NCBI GenBank assembly: GCA_964589485.1
Contig: CAZPRK010000001.1
Location: 48,369-112,368 of the forward strand
Reading direction: 5' to 3'
DNA length: 64,000 nt
From: an uncultured Methanosarcinales archaeon
GTDB lineage: Archaea > Nanobdellota > Nanobdellia > Woesearchaeales > CAYSVS01
In this document: piece by piece, positions 34,454 to 44,517 of the stretch
Numbering within the stretch: position 1 is the stretch's first letter
Layout: each line of letters begins with the position of its first letter
Position numbers and translations under genes: made by a program
Notes under the pieces: generated by a model
Seen by the model: the letters and a program-made list of their open reading frames with translations, nothing else
The model's database searches: none
Told to the model about the DNA's origin: nothing

Positions 34454-35988
34454 AATTAAAAAAAAAAAAAGAAGTTATAACAAACAGTTTAAATGAAGGT
34501 TTTTTAGTAGGGAAAACTTTTTTTGAAGAAGAACAGGAATTAAATCTCAAAGAATTAGATAAAAACTGTTTAATTTTAGATGATAGTATTGAAAAATTAA
34601 CTAAAATAGAAAAGCATAATTGGATTGATTTCGACAAAGCTAAAGTTCTTGCCGAAAAAAAAAAAAATAATAAAATTCTAAAAAGTTTTAATGAAGTAAT
34701 AGAAAATGGAGTTGAAGTAGTTAAAGAAAATGAAAATATTCAAATAATTTCATCATATAATAAAGAAATTTGTAAAAAAAGAGAAGTTGAAGATTTTGTT
34801 ATGTATTTTAACAAAAGATTTACTGCACTTGAAAAAATTCTTAGAAATAGACATGAATTATCTGGAAGTATTTCTATTTCTAGAGTATTAAGTAGAAATG
34901 AAAAAGATTCAGTTTCAATTATTGGTATAGTTCAAGATAAAAGATTAACTAAAAATGGACATCTTTTTATTACATTGGAAGATAAAACAGGCATAATTAG
35001 AGTTTTAGTAAGTAAAGATAAACCTGAATTATTCCAACTAGCTCAAGATATTGTATTCGATGAAGTTATAGGTGTAGTTGGAGCAAATGGAGATAAAATT
35101 ATTTTTGCAAACAATATAATTCAACCAGATATTCCTCTTAATAAAGAATTAAAAAAAAGTCCAGATGAAGCTTATGCTTTATTTATGTCAGATGTCCATG
35201 TTGGAAGTTATAATTTTTTAGAAGAAGAATTTAATAAATTTTTAAATTGGATAAATGGTAAATCTGGGGATGAGAAACAAAAATTAATATCCAGTAAAGT
35301 TAAATATATTTTTTTTGCAGGTGATTTAGTAGATGGCGTAGGTATTTATCCTGGACAAGAAAAAGATTTATCAATTCCAGATATATATAAACAATATGAA
35401 AAATGCGCAGAGCTTTTATCTAAAATTCCTGCTAACATCAATATTATAATAGCACCAGGAAATCATGATGCTATGAGAATTGCTGAACCTCAACCAAGGT
35501 TATATGAAGATTTTGCGGGCCCTATACTAAACCTACCTAATGTAACTGTAGTTAGTAACCCTGGTATGGTCAATGTTCATGGTAATGAAGATTTTCCTGG
35601 ATTTGATGTAATGTTATACCATGGTTATTCTTATGATTATTATGTAGCAAATGTTGATAGTTTAAGAAATAAAGGGGGTTATAATAGAGCAGATTTAATT
35701 ATTAAATTTTTACTACAAAGAAGACATTTAGCTCCATCCCATTCATCAACATTATATCTTCCTGAAACAGAATATGATCCTTTAGTGATTGATCATGTTC
35801 CTGATATTTTTGTCTCTGGACATATTCATAAAGCCGTTGTTTCAAATTATAGAAACATTACAATGATTAGTAGTAGTTGTTGGCAAGCTAAAACTGAGTT
35901 TGAAGAAAAAATGGGACATGAGCCTGAACCTGCAAGAATCCCTATGGTTAATTTACAAACAAGGGAAGTTAAAATATTGAGGTTCTAA
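34447..35988 (+). CDS. polB: DNA polymerase D small subunit DP1
   Basis: SDVHVGS, AGDLVDG, PGNHD, RRHLAP and GHIH phosphoesterase motifs. Confidence 0.95.
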   Translation: MLELKKKKEVITNSLNEGFLVGKTFFEEEQELNLKELDKNCLILDDSIEKLTKIEKHNWIDFDKAKVLAEKKKNNKILKSFNEVIENGVEVVKENENIQIISSYNKEICKKREVEDFVMYFNKRFTALEKILRNRHELSGSISISRVLSRNEKDSVSIIGIVQDKRLTKNGHLFITLEDKTGIIRVLVSKDKPELFQLAQDIVFDEVIGVVGANGDKIIFANNIIQPDIPLNKELKKSPDEAYALFMSDVHVGSYNFLEEEFNKFLNWINGKSGDEKQKLISSKVKYIFFAGDLVDGVGIYPGQEKDLSIPDIYKQYEKCAELLSKIPANINIIIAPGNHDAMRIAEPQPRLYEDFAGPILNLPNVTVVSNPGMVNVHGNEDFPGFDVMLYHGYSYDYYVANVDSLRNKGGYNRADLIIKFLLQRRHLAPSHSSTLYLPETEYDPLVIDHVPDIFVSGHIHKAVVSNYRNITMISSSCWQAKTEFEEKMGHEPEPARIPMVNLQTREVKILRF

Positions 35989-35989
35989 A

Positions 35990-38900
35990 ATGGTAACTGC
36001 AAGCGAAAATATGCAAAAATATTTTAATAAAATTGAAGAAGATGTGAGTATAGCCTTTACAAAAGCTCAAGAAGCAAAAAAATTAGGTTTTGATTATGAA
36101 AAAGAAGTGGAAATTACTTTAGCTAAAAACATGGCTGAAAGGGTAATTGGTATTATTTCAGTTGTAGCACCCCAAATGAAAAACTCAGGTGCAGCAGAAA
36201 GAATTATTGAATTAGAAAAAAAATATGGAATTTTAGATTGGAAAGTTGCACTTGAAATTGCTTTAGAAATTTCTGAAGAAAAATTTTGTAAATTTAAAGA
36301 TAAAAAAGAAGCTATTGAAATTGGAATTAGGGCGGGATTTGCATATGGGACGGTAGGTGTTGTAAGTAGTCCATTAGAAGGTTTTGTTAGTTTAGATATA
36401 AAACCAAGAAGAGATGGTCAAGGTGAATATTTTTGTATGAATTTTTCCGGACCTATTAGAAATGCAGGAGGAACTGCTGCAAGTTTAAGTGTAATTATTG
36501 CTGATTATGTTAGAGTAAAGTTAGGTTATCAAAAATATGATCCTTCAGAAGAAGAAATTAAAAGAACTTTTGTTGAAATTACAGAATATCATGAACGTGT
36601 TACTAATTTACAATATTTCCCAAGTCAAGAAGAAGTTAATTTTATGACAAAAAATTGTCCTGTTGAAATTAGTGGAGATCCAACTGAAAAATTTGATGTT
36701 CCAACTTATAAAGATTTACCAAGAGTAAACACAAATAAATTAAGAGGTGGATTTTGTTTAATTCATTCTAGTTGTATTCCATTAAAAGCAGAAAAACTTT
36801 GGAAACAATTATCAATATGGGGAAGTAGTTTTAATTTAGAACATTGGTCTTTTTTGGAAGAATTTATTAAAATTAAAAAAAATGCTCACGCTGAAGGATC
36901 TAACGATGAAGAAAAAGAATCAGGAAAAGTTTTACCTGACTTTACATTTATTAAAGATATAGTTGCCGGTAGACCCGTATTAAGTCACCCGTTAGCAAAA
37001 GGAGGGTTTAGATTAAGATATGGAAGAAGTCGATTTTCAGGATATAGTGGCCAAAGTATCCACCCCGCAACTATGTATGTTATGAGAAGTTATATTGCTA
37101 CAGGAACTCAATTAAAAGTTGAACGTCCTGGTAAAGGAGCTGCATTTACTCCATGTGATAAATTACAAGGTCCTATTATTAGATTAAAAAATGGAAGTGT
37201 TGTACAACTAAATAAGGAATCTGAAGCTAAAGAATATGTTAAAGAAATGGAAGAAGTTTTATTTTTAGGGGATGTTTTAATTAATTATGGTGATTTTTTT
37301 GATAGGGCTCACCCTTTAGTTCCAGCAGGTTATTGTGAAGAATGGTGGATTCAAGAACTTGAAAAAGCTACAGTTGATTTATTTGGAAATTTAGATATTG
37401 AAAAATTATCAGATTTAACTTCTATTAATGCAAATATTTTTGAAACTTTATTTGAAGACCCCATAAATGAAGAAATTTCAGCTAAAAATGCAATTAATAT
37501 ATCTAAAAAATTAAAAATACCTTTACATCCTTTTTATACTTATTATTGGGATGATATTTCTATTGAAGATTTTAAAAAATTATACGACTGGCTTTCAAAA
37601 GGAAATATTCAAAAAGAATCTGAAGTAAATAAAATTATTTTAAAAATTAAAGATGAAAAAAAAATCTTAGAATTTATTGGTATGCCTCATTTAGTGGTTA
37701 ATAATGAATTTATTGTAATTGAAAAACAACATGCACAAGCATTATTAGGTACATTAAGTAATTTTGAAAAAAAACTTGAAGATCATAAATCTACATTAGA
37801 GTTAATTAATTCTATTTCTGAAATAAAAATTAGAGATAAATCTGGAACTTATATTGGAGCAAGAATGGGACGTCCAGAAAAAGCTAAAATGAGAAAAATG
37901 AATGGTTCTCCACATTCTTTATTTCCTGTAGGTGAAGAAGGGGGTAGATTAAGAAGTTTTCAAGCTGCAATGGAAGTCGGTAAAATTAAAGCAGAATTAC
38001 CTAATTATAAATGTAAAAAATGTAATAAAAACACAATTTATACTGTTTGTGAAGTTTGTCATGTTACAACTACGCAACTTTTTTTTTGTCAATCATGTGG
38101 ATTAATAGAAACAGAAATATGTAAAACTCATGGCAATACTAAGCCTTATAGTGAACAAGAGATAGATATTCAACATTATTTTAAAAAAGCATCAAGAAAA
38201 TCAAATGGCGCCATTTCAAAATTAATTAAAGGAGTAAAAGGAACTAATAATAAAAACCATAGACCTGAAAATTTAATTAAAGGAATAATTAGATCCAGAT
38301 ATAATTTATTTGTAAATAAAGATGGAACTATTAGATATGATGCTTCTGAATTAACTTGTACTCATTTTAAACCTAAAGAAGTTAATGTTGAAATTGATAA
38401 ATTAATAGAGTTAGGTTATACTAAAGATTACTTAGGTAAAGAATTAACTGACAAAAACCAAATTTTAGAAATTAAACCACAAGATGTAATTTTACCTGCT
38501 TGTCCTATATCCCCAGATGAAAAAAGTGATGATGTTTTATTAAACATAACCAAATATATTGATGACCTTTTAGTAAACTTCTATGGTTTACCTCCTTTTT
38601 ATAAATCAAAATCAAAAAAAGATTTAATAGGCCAATATATTCTTGGACTTGCTCCTCATACTTCAGCTGCAATGGTTGGACGTATTATTGGATTTAGTCA
38701 AACCCAAGCATTTTTAGCGCACCCTTATTTCCATGCTGCAGAAAGAAGAGATACTGATGGGGATGAACTTGGTTTTATTCTTTTAATGGACGCTTTCCTT
38801 AATTTTTCTAAATCATTTCTCCCAGAACATAGAGGAAGTACAATGGATGCTCCTTTAGTAATGACTTCAATTTTAAATCCCTCTGAAGTTGATGATATGG

Positions 38901-39502
38901 CATTTAATGTAGATATTGTTAATAAATATCCTTTAGAGTTATATGAAGCGGCTTTGGAACATAAAATGCCTTGGGAAGTTAAAATTAAATTAATTAAAGA
39001 TGTTCTAGATACAGAAAACCAATATGAAAATATGAAATTTACACATGATACTGATAATGTAAATACAGGAATTCTTTGTTCTGCTTATAAAACACTCCCA
39101 TCAATGGAGGATAAATTAAAAGGTCAAATGTTAATTGCTGAAACTTTACGTAGTGTTGAACCTATGGATGTAGCAAGGTTAGTAATTGAAAAACATTTTT
39201 TAAAAGATACAAAAGGTAATTTAAGAAAATTTTCAATGCAACAATTTAGATGTGTAAAATGTAATGAAAAATTTAGACGTCCACCTTTAATAGGAAAATG
39301 TACTAGTTGTAGTGGTAAAATTTTATTTACAATTGCACATGGTAGTGTAATAAAATATTTAGAACCAAGTATTAGTTTAGCTAATAAATATAATGTTCCT
39401 GCTTATTTAAAACAAACTTTAACCTTATTACAAAGAAGAGTAGATGGAGTTTTTGGAAAAGAAAAAGATAAACAAGAGGGGTTAGGGAAATGGTTTGGTT
39501 AA
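35990..39502 (+). CDS. polC: DNA polymerase D large subunit DP2 (no intein)
   Basis: GPIRNAGGT, GGFRLRYGRSR, RMGRPEKAK, RRDTDGDE and a C-terminal Zn finger. Confidence 0.97.
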   Translation: MVTASENMQKYFNKIEEDVSIAFTKAQEAKKLGFDYEKEVEITLAKNMAERVIGIISVVAPQMKNSGAAERIIELEKKYGILDWKVALEIALEISEEKFCKFKDKKEAIEIGIRAGFAYGTVGVVSSPLEGFVSLDIKPRRDGQGEYFCMNFSGPIRNAGGTAASLSVIIADYVRVKLGYQKYDPSEEEIKRTFVEITEYHERVTNLQYFPSQEEVNFMTKNCPVEISGDPTEKFDVPTYKDLPRVNTNKLRGGFCLIHSSCIPLKAEKLWKQLSIWGSSFNLEHWSFLEEFIKIKKNAHAEGSNDEEKESGKVLPDFTFIKDIVAGRPVLSHPLAKGGFRLRYGRSRFSGYSGQSIHPATMYVMRSYIATGTQLKVERPGKGAAFTPCDKLQGPIIRLKNGSVVQLNKESEAKEYVKEMEEVLFLGDVLINYGDFFDRAHPLVPAGYCEEWWIQELEKATVDLFGNLDIEKLSDLTSINANIFETLFEDPINEEISAKNAINISKKLKIPLHPFYTYYWDDISIEDFKKLYDWLSKGNIQKESEVNKIILKIKDEKKILEFIGMPHLVVNNEFIVIEKQHAQALLGTLSNFEKKLEDHKSTLELINSISEIKIRDKSGTYIGARMGRPEKAKMRKMNGSPHSLFPVGEEGGRLRSFQAAMEVGKIKAELPNYKCKKCNKNTIYTVCEVCHVTTTQLFFCQSCGLIETEICKTHGNTKPYSEQEIDIQHYFKKASRKSNGAISKLIKGVKGTNNKNHRPENLIKGIIRSRYNLFVNKDGTIRYDASELTCTHFKPKEVNVEIDKLIELGYTKDYLGKELTDKNQILEIKPQDVILPACPISPDEKSDDVLLNITKYIDDLLVNFYGLPPFYKSKSKKDLIGQYILGLAPHTSAAMVGRIIGFSQTQAFLAHPYFHAAERRDTDGDELGFILLMDAFLNFSKSFLPEHRGSTMDAPLVMTSILNPSEVDDMAFNVDIVNKYPLELYEAALEHKMPWEVKIKLIKDVLDTENQYENMKFTHDTDNVNTGILCSAYKTLPSMEDKLKGQMLIAETLRSVEPMDVARLVIEKHFLKDTKGNLRKFSMQQFRCVKCNEKFRRPPLIGKCTSCSGKILFTIAHGSVIKYLEPSISLANKYNVPAYLKQTLTLLQRRVDGVFGKEKDKQEGLGKWFG

Positions 39503-39507
39503 AAAAA

Positions 39508-39804
39508 TTATGTATCATCACTTAAAATAACCTGAGCATGTTCAATTCCTTGAATTTTAATTGTTTCTTGTATTAAACCTAAATTTCTAAAAAATTCAAT
39601 TGATTTATTACCCACTATATTTAAAATATGAACTTCTTTAATAATTTCTTTAATTTCTTCTTCTGGTTTTTCTTCACCTTTATAAAAATTTGAAGTTAAA
39701 TCTAATTGTAAATTTTTTTCTTCAAATTTCTTTCCTAATACATCACTATCACAAATAGCCAAAATAACTTGTCCTTCTAAATTTATATGTTTTTTAATTA
39801 TCAT
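39508..39804 (-). CDS. DUF424-family protein
   Basis: LAICDSDVLGKKFEE..LQLD...FYKG and NIVG motifs. Confidence 0.85.
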   Translation of the reverse strand: MIIKKHINLEGQVILAICDSDVLGKKFEEKNLQLDLTSNFYKGEEKPEEEIKEIIKEVHILNIVGNKSIEFFRNLGLIQETIKIQGIEHAQVILSDDT

Positions 39805-40208
39805 ATTTTACTTTTCACAGGATGTCTTGCTCCACAAGCCATACATTTAATATTAGAAAAACCAGATTCTTTTGTTATTTTAGTATCAGGTTTACCACAA
39901 TCTGGACATAAAACAAAATCTTGTGCATATTTTTTTATCTTATCATTAATTCTTAATGCAGGTATTTTAGCTCCAAGTATTAATCCTGTTTTTTTAAGAT
40001 CACCCGGTGTAGCTAACTCTTTTAATATATATTTCAATAAATGTTCTTCTTCTCTTGCTAAAGTTTGAGAAATTTGTTTAAAATTACTAATAATAGTTTT
40101 ATTTCCTTGAATATGTCCTTTAACTGTTGGTATTTCGAATCTTGCTGATTCAAACACCGATTTAGGTAACTTATCCCTTCCTTCTTTTAGCATCTTTTTA
40201 TAATCCAT
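39801..40208 (-). CDS. eif2b: Translation initiation factor aIF-2 beta
   Basis: RFEIP, GNKTII.NF, KELATPG and the Zn ribbon CPDCGKPDT...CMACGA. Confidence 0.95.
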   Translation of the reverse strand: MDYKKMLKEGRDKLPKSVFESARFEIPTVKGHIQGNKTIISNFKQISQTLAREEEHLLKYILKELATPGDLKKTGLILGAKIPALRINDKIKKYAQDFVLCPDCGKPDTKITKESGFSNIKCMACGARHPVKSKI

Positions 40209-40255
40209 AATTTTTAGTTAAAATCTCTTATATTTAAATCTGATGTTTAACTCCT

Positions 40256-40391
40256 ACCCCTTAATTTCCTTTAGAACTCTATATTATAATAATAAATATT
40301 AATATATTTCTTTATTTTCTATATTGTAAATAAATAAAATAATAATAAATATAAATAATAAAATATATGTTTCCATAAGAAATAAAGGGGT
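40256..40391. other. Probable chromosomal replication origin: inverted ORB pair flanking an AT-rich unwinding element
   Basis: Minus-strand GTTCTAAAGGAAATTAAGGGGT (40256-40277) and plus-strand TTTCCATAAGAAATAAAGGGGT (40370-40391) flank ~90 bp that is almost entirely A/T. Confidence 0.75.
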
Positions 40392-40463
40392 AAGTGTAGG
40401 TAAAATATAGTAAATGTTTAAATACAACTAAGAACTACCTGGTAGTTGTAACAGGTACTAAAT

Positions 40464-41228
40464 ATGATTATTGAAAAAGAAATATTATCTAAACTTAAAG
40501 ATTTTGGTTTAAATTCTTATGAATCAAAACTTTGGACAGCATTATTGTCTAGAGGAAGTAGTACATCTAGTGAATTAAGTGATATAGCCAATGTTCCAAG
40601 AAGTAGGAGTTATGATGTTTTAGAAAGTTTGGAAAGAAAAGGATTCGTTATACTTAAGTTGGGTAAACCAATAAAATATGTAGCAGTTCCACCATCTCAA
40701 GTACTTAATTTAATTAAAAATAATGCAGATAAAGAAGCTCAAGAAAAAATAAATCAATTAGAAAAATTAAAAAATAGTGATATTATCAAAGAATTAAACT
40801 CTTTACATCAAGAGGGAAAAAATACTATTGATAAAATAGATTTAAGTGGAAGCATTAAAGGACAACCAAATATTCATAATCATTTAGAACAAATGATAAA
40901 AAAAGCAAAAAATTCTATTTTAATGGTAGCTCCTAGTGCATCATTAAAAGGAAATAAAAGTTTTATTTTAGAAAAATTAGAAGAATCTAAAAAAACAGGT
41001 ATAAAAACAAAATTAATTCTTAATGGAAAAAAAGAAGACGATATTATTAAAAAAGTTGATTATTATAAAAAAGATATGGATGGTATGTTTTGTGTTGTAG
41101 ATAATAGTGAAGTATTATTTATGTTAACTGATGAAAAAACACATCCAACTTATGAAGCTGCTGTTTGGTTAAATTCAGACTTTTTTGCAAATTCTCTTAG
41201 TTCAATTGTTGATGAATTTACTAAATAA
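40464..41228 (+). CDS. TrmB-family transcriptional regulator/chromatin protein
   Basis: FGLNSYESK, ANVPRSRSYDVLESLERKGF and KPIKY motifs. Confidence 0.9.
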   Translation: MIIEKEILSKLKDFGLNSYESKLWTALLSRGSSTSSELSDIANVPRSRSYDVLESLERKGFVILKLGKPIKYVAVPPSQVLNLIKNNADKEAQEKINQLEKLKNSDIIKELNSLHQEGKNTIDKIDLSGSIKGQPNIHNHLEQMIKKAKNSILMVAPSASLKGNKSFILEKLEESKKTGIKTKLILNGKKEDDIIKKVDYYKKDMDGMFCVVDNSEVLFMLTDEKTHPTYEAAVWLNSDFFANSLSSIVDEFTK

Positions 41229-41267
41229 TACAAATAATTTTAAATAAATTCATTTTTTAGTTTCTTA

Positions 41268-42584
41268 ATGCAAAATATATTATTAATAGGTAATGGCGCT
41301 AGGGAACATGTTATTGCTGAAGTTTTAAAAAGAAATGAATGTAAACTTTTTTCTTATTTAGCTTCTAATAATCCAGGAATAATTTCTTTATCTGAAGATT
41401 ATATTATAGGTAATTTAACAAATTTAGAAAAAATAACAGAATTCGCATTAAAACATAATATTAATTTTGCTATTATTGGTCCAGAAGCGCCATTAGAAAA
41501 CGGAATTGTAGATAAATTAAAAGAAAATAATATTCAAAGTATAGGACCTACTCAATCTTTAGCAAGATTAGAAACAAGTAAATCTTTTACTAGAAATTTA
41601 TTATTTAAATATAATATAAAAGGAAACCCAAAATTTAAAACTTTTACTTCATTGGAAGGAATAGAGAAGTTTATGAATGAATTAAATGGAAACTATGTAG
41701 TTAAAGCAGATGGTTTATGCGGGGGAAAAGGAGTAAAACTTAGCGGTGAACATTTACTTAATATTAAAGAAGGTTTAAATTTTTGTAATGAATCAATTGA
41801 AAAGTTTGGAAAGGTAGTTGTTGAAGAAAAATTTATTGGAGAAGAATTTTCATTAATGAGTTTTGTTGATGGTGAAACTATAATTGATTTTCCAACGGTT
41901 CAGGATCATAAACGAGCTTTTGAAAATGATGTAGGTCCAAATACAGGGGGTATGGGTAGTTATTCTGACAAAAATTATTTACCTTTCTTAGATCAAAATA
42001 GTTTAGACGAAGCTCATAAAATAACTGAACAAACCATGCATGCTTTGTTTAAAGAAACCAATGAAAAATATAAAGGTATAATGTATGGTGGATTTATAAG
42101 AACACAAACTGGTGTAAAGTTAATTGAATATAATGCTAGATTTGGAGACCCTGAAGTTTTAAATGTATTACCTTTATTAAATACAAATTTTGTAGAAATA
42201 TGTCAAGCTATTATAAATGGTACATTAAATACTTTTAATATTTCTTTTTTAAATAAAGCAACAGTTTGTAAATATGTAGTTCCTGAAGGATATCCAATTA
42301 ATGCAGTTAAAGGTGAAAAAATTAGCTTTGAGAATGATAAAAATATTTCAATTTATTATGCAAGTATTAATAAAGTAAATGAAGATTTAATTATGTTGGG
42401 TTCTAGAGCTTTAGCATTTGTTTCTCAAGCTGATTCTATTATTGAAGCAGAAAATAATGTAGAAAATGCGATAAGTAAAGTAAAAGGAAGAGTGTTTCAT
42501 AGAAAGGATATAGGAACAAAAGAATTAATTCAAAAAAAATTAAATAGAATGAATTTAATTTTACAAAATGAAAAATCAACTTAG
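41268..42584 (+). CDS. purD: Phosphoribosylamine-glycine ligase
   Basis: GNGAREH, GPEAPL, QDHKR, GPNTGGMG and EYNARFGDPE motifs. Confidence 0.97.
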   Translation: MQNILLIGNGAREHVIAEVLKRNECKLFSYLASNNPGIISLSEDYIIGNLTNLEKITEFALKHNINFAIIGPEAPLENGIVDKLKENNIQSIGPTQSLARLETSKSFTRNLLFKYNIKGNPKFKTFTSLEGIEKFMNELNGNYVVKADGLCGGKGVKLSGEHLLNIKEGLNFCNESIEKFGKVVVEEKFIGEEFSLMSFVDGETIIDFPTVQDHKRAFENDVGPNTGGMGSYSDKNYLPFLDQNSLDEAHKITEQTMHALFKETNEKYKGIMYGGFIRTQTGVKLIEYNARFGDPEVLNVLPLLNTNFVEICQAIINGTLNTFNISFLNKATVCKYVVPEGYPINAVKGEKISFENDKNISIYYASINKVNEDLIMLGSRALAFVSQADSIIEAENNVENAISKVKGRVFHRKDIGTKELIQKKLNRMNLILQNEKST

Positions 42585-43113
42585 ATTAGATTTTATAAAT
42601 AAAAGAAAAAATTTATCAAATATAGAAATAGCTTCAAAAAGTAATAAAATAATAATTAATTTAAAAAATTTAGACTTAATTAAAAAAGCAAAAAACATTT
42701 TTATTTATGCTTCAAATAAATATGAAGTACAAACTTTAAATTTTATAAAAGATAATTTAATTAAAAAAAACATATTTTTACCTTTTAAAGATGAATTAGA
42801 GAATGTATACCAAGTACAAAATATAAATGAATTAATTTTTGATTCTAGGGGAATATTACAACCAATAAAAAATCAACCATTATCTTTAAGTAATATTGAC
42901 ATTTTTGTTATTCCAGGAGTTGTTTTTGATAAAAAATTCAATAGAATAGGACACGGGAGTGGTTTTTTTGATAAGTTATTAAAAATAATAAATAAACCTA
43001 AAGTTGCTTTAGCTTATAAATTTCAAATTATTAATGAAATTCCAAATGAAAAACATGATATTGAAATGAATTACATTGTTAATGAAGAAGGTGTGTTAAA
43101 AAATGATAATTGA
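42568..43113 (+). CDS. 5-formyltetrahydrofolate cyclo-ligase
   Basis: IPGVVFD..FNRIGHGSGFFD and EKHDI motifs. Confidence 0.9.
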   Translation: MKNQLRLDFINKRKNLSNIEIASKSNKIIINLKNLDLIKKAKNIFIYASNKYEVQTLNFIKDNLIKKNIFLPFKDELENVYQVQNINELIFDSRGILQPIKNQPLSLSNIDIFVIPGVVFDKKFNRIGHGSGFFDKLLKIINKPKVALAYKFQIINEIPNEKHDIEMNYIVNEEGVLKNDN

Positions 43114-43930
43114 TGGGAAAAATATTGCTTTACAAATAAGAGAAAAAATTAAACAAGAAGTTTTAAAATTAGAAAAAAAGCCAGGATTAGCTGTAGTTTT
43201 AGTTGGAGAAAATTCTGCTTCAAAAGTATATGTAAATATGAAAAGTGTAGCATGTGATGATGTTGGGTTTTATTCTGAAAAACATCAATTATCTGAAAAT
43301 GTAAGTGAAACTGAATTAATAAATTTAGTTCAAAAATTAAATAATGATGAAAATATACACGGAATACTTGTTCAATTACCCTTACCAAACCATATTAATG
43401 AAATAAATGTATTGAATACAGTTACTCCAAAAAAAGATGTAGATGGTTTTCATCCTTTAAATGTTGGTGAATTTCATACAAACCAAGGAACAATTGTTCC
43501 TTGTACACCTTTAGGAGTATTAAGGTTGTTACAGGCAACTAATACTGAAATAGTAGGAAAAAATGTAGTAGTTGTTGGAAGAAGTAATATTGTAGGAAAA
43601 CCTGCTGCTATGTTAATGTTAAACGAAGGAGCAACAGTTTCTATATGTCATTCAAAAACTAAAAATTTAAGTGAATATACAAAAATAGCTGATATTTTAA
43701 TTGTTGCAGTTGGTAAATCTAAATTAATTAAAGCTGATATGGTTAAAGAAAATTCTATTATTATTGATGTTGGAGTTAATAGAGTTGATGGAAAGTTATG
43801 CGGAGATGTTGATTTTGAAAATGTTTCAAAAATTGCAAGTCATATTACTCCAGTCCCAGGTGGAGTAGGACCTATGACTATTGCAATGTTGTTGGAAAAT
43901 ACTTTGAAATGTTATAGGGGATTAAACTGA
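43103..43930 (+). CDS. folD: Methylenetetrahydrofolate dehydrogenase/cyclohydrolase
   Basis: GILVQLPLP, KDVDGFHP, PCTP, GRSNIVGKP and TPVPGGVGPMT motifs. Confidence 0.97.
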   Translation: MIIDGKNIALQIREKIKQEVLKLEKKPGLAVVLVGENSASKVYVNMKSVACDDVGFYSEKHQLSENVSETELINLVQKLNNDENIHGILVQLPLPNHINEINVLNTVTPKKDVDGFHPLNVGEFHTNQGTIVPCTPLGVLRLLQATNTEIVGKNVVVVGRSNIVGKPAAMLMLNEGATVSICHSKTKNLSEYTKIADILIVAVGKSKLIKADMVKENSIIIDVGVNRVDGKLCGDVDFENVSKIASHITPVPGGVGPMTIAMLLENTLKCYRGLN

Positions 43931-44517
43931 ACATTGCAGTTTTAGGATCAACCAAAGGGACTGATTTACAAGCTATAATAGATAGTAAATATAAACAAAA
44001 TATAAAATTAGTTTTAAGTAATAAAAAAGATGCTTATATTTTAGAAAGGTCTAAAAAAGTTAATTTAAATTCAATATTTCTTGATTCAGAAGGAAAATCA
44101 AGAGAAGAATATGATTTAGAATTACATAATTTATTTATAAAACATGAAATAGATATAGTTCTTCTTATTGGTTATATGAAGTTACTATCTGAAGATTTAG
44201 TTAACAAATGGAAAATTTTCAATATTCATCCTTCTTTACTTCCTGCTTTTGCAGGACAAATAAATTTAAATGTACACCAAGCAGTATTAGATAGAGGGTG
44301 TAAAGTAACAGGATGTACTTTAATTTTAGTAGATGAAGGTGCAGATACAGGTCCAATCATTATACAGAAGAGTACAAAAATTGATAAAGAAGACACAATT
44401 TTCTCATTAAAAGAAAAAGTTCAAAAATTAGAACAAGAAACTCTACTTGAATTTTTAAGTCTATATCAAGATGAAAAAATTAAGCTAATAAATAATAAGG
44501 TCGAAATTCATGGATAA
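43927..44517 (+). CDS. purN: Phosphoribosylglycinamide formyltransferase, full length from a non-ATG (CTG) start
   Basis: The frame of ORF 44176..44517 extends upstream to CTG 43927, giving (M)NIAVLGSTKGTDLQAII...SNKKDAYILER...LIGYMK...NIHPSLLP. An in-frame TAG lies at 43915-43917. Confidence 0.88.
   Translation: MNIAVLGSTKGTDLQAIIDSKYKQNIKLVLSNKKDAYILERSKKVNLNSIFLDSEGKSREEYDLELHNLFIKHEIDIVLLIGYMKLLSEDLVNKWKIFNIHPSLLPAFAGQINLNVHQAVLDRGCKVTGCTLILVDEGADTGPIIIQKSTKIDKEDTIFSLKEKVQKLEQETLLEFLSLYQDEKIKLINNKVEIHG

Noticed and set aside
35990..39502. Possible intein in DP2
   Set aside because: The length (1170 aa) and continuous motifs around RRDTDGDE show no insertion.
44176..44517. purN as a truncated pseudogene
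   Set aside because: The reading frame continues intact upstream to 43927 with a full PurN N-terminus.
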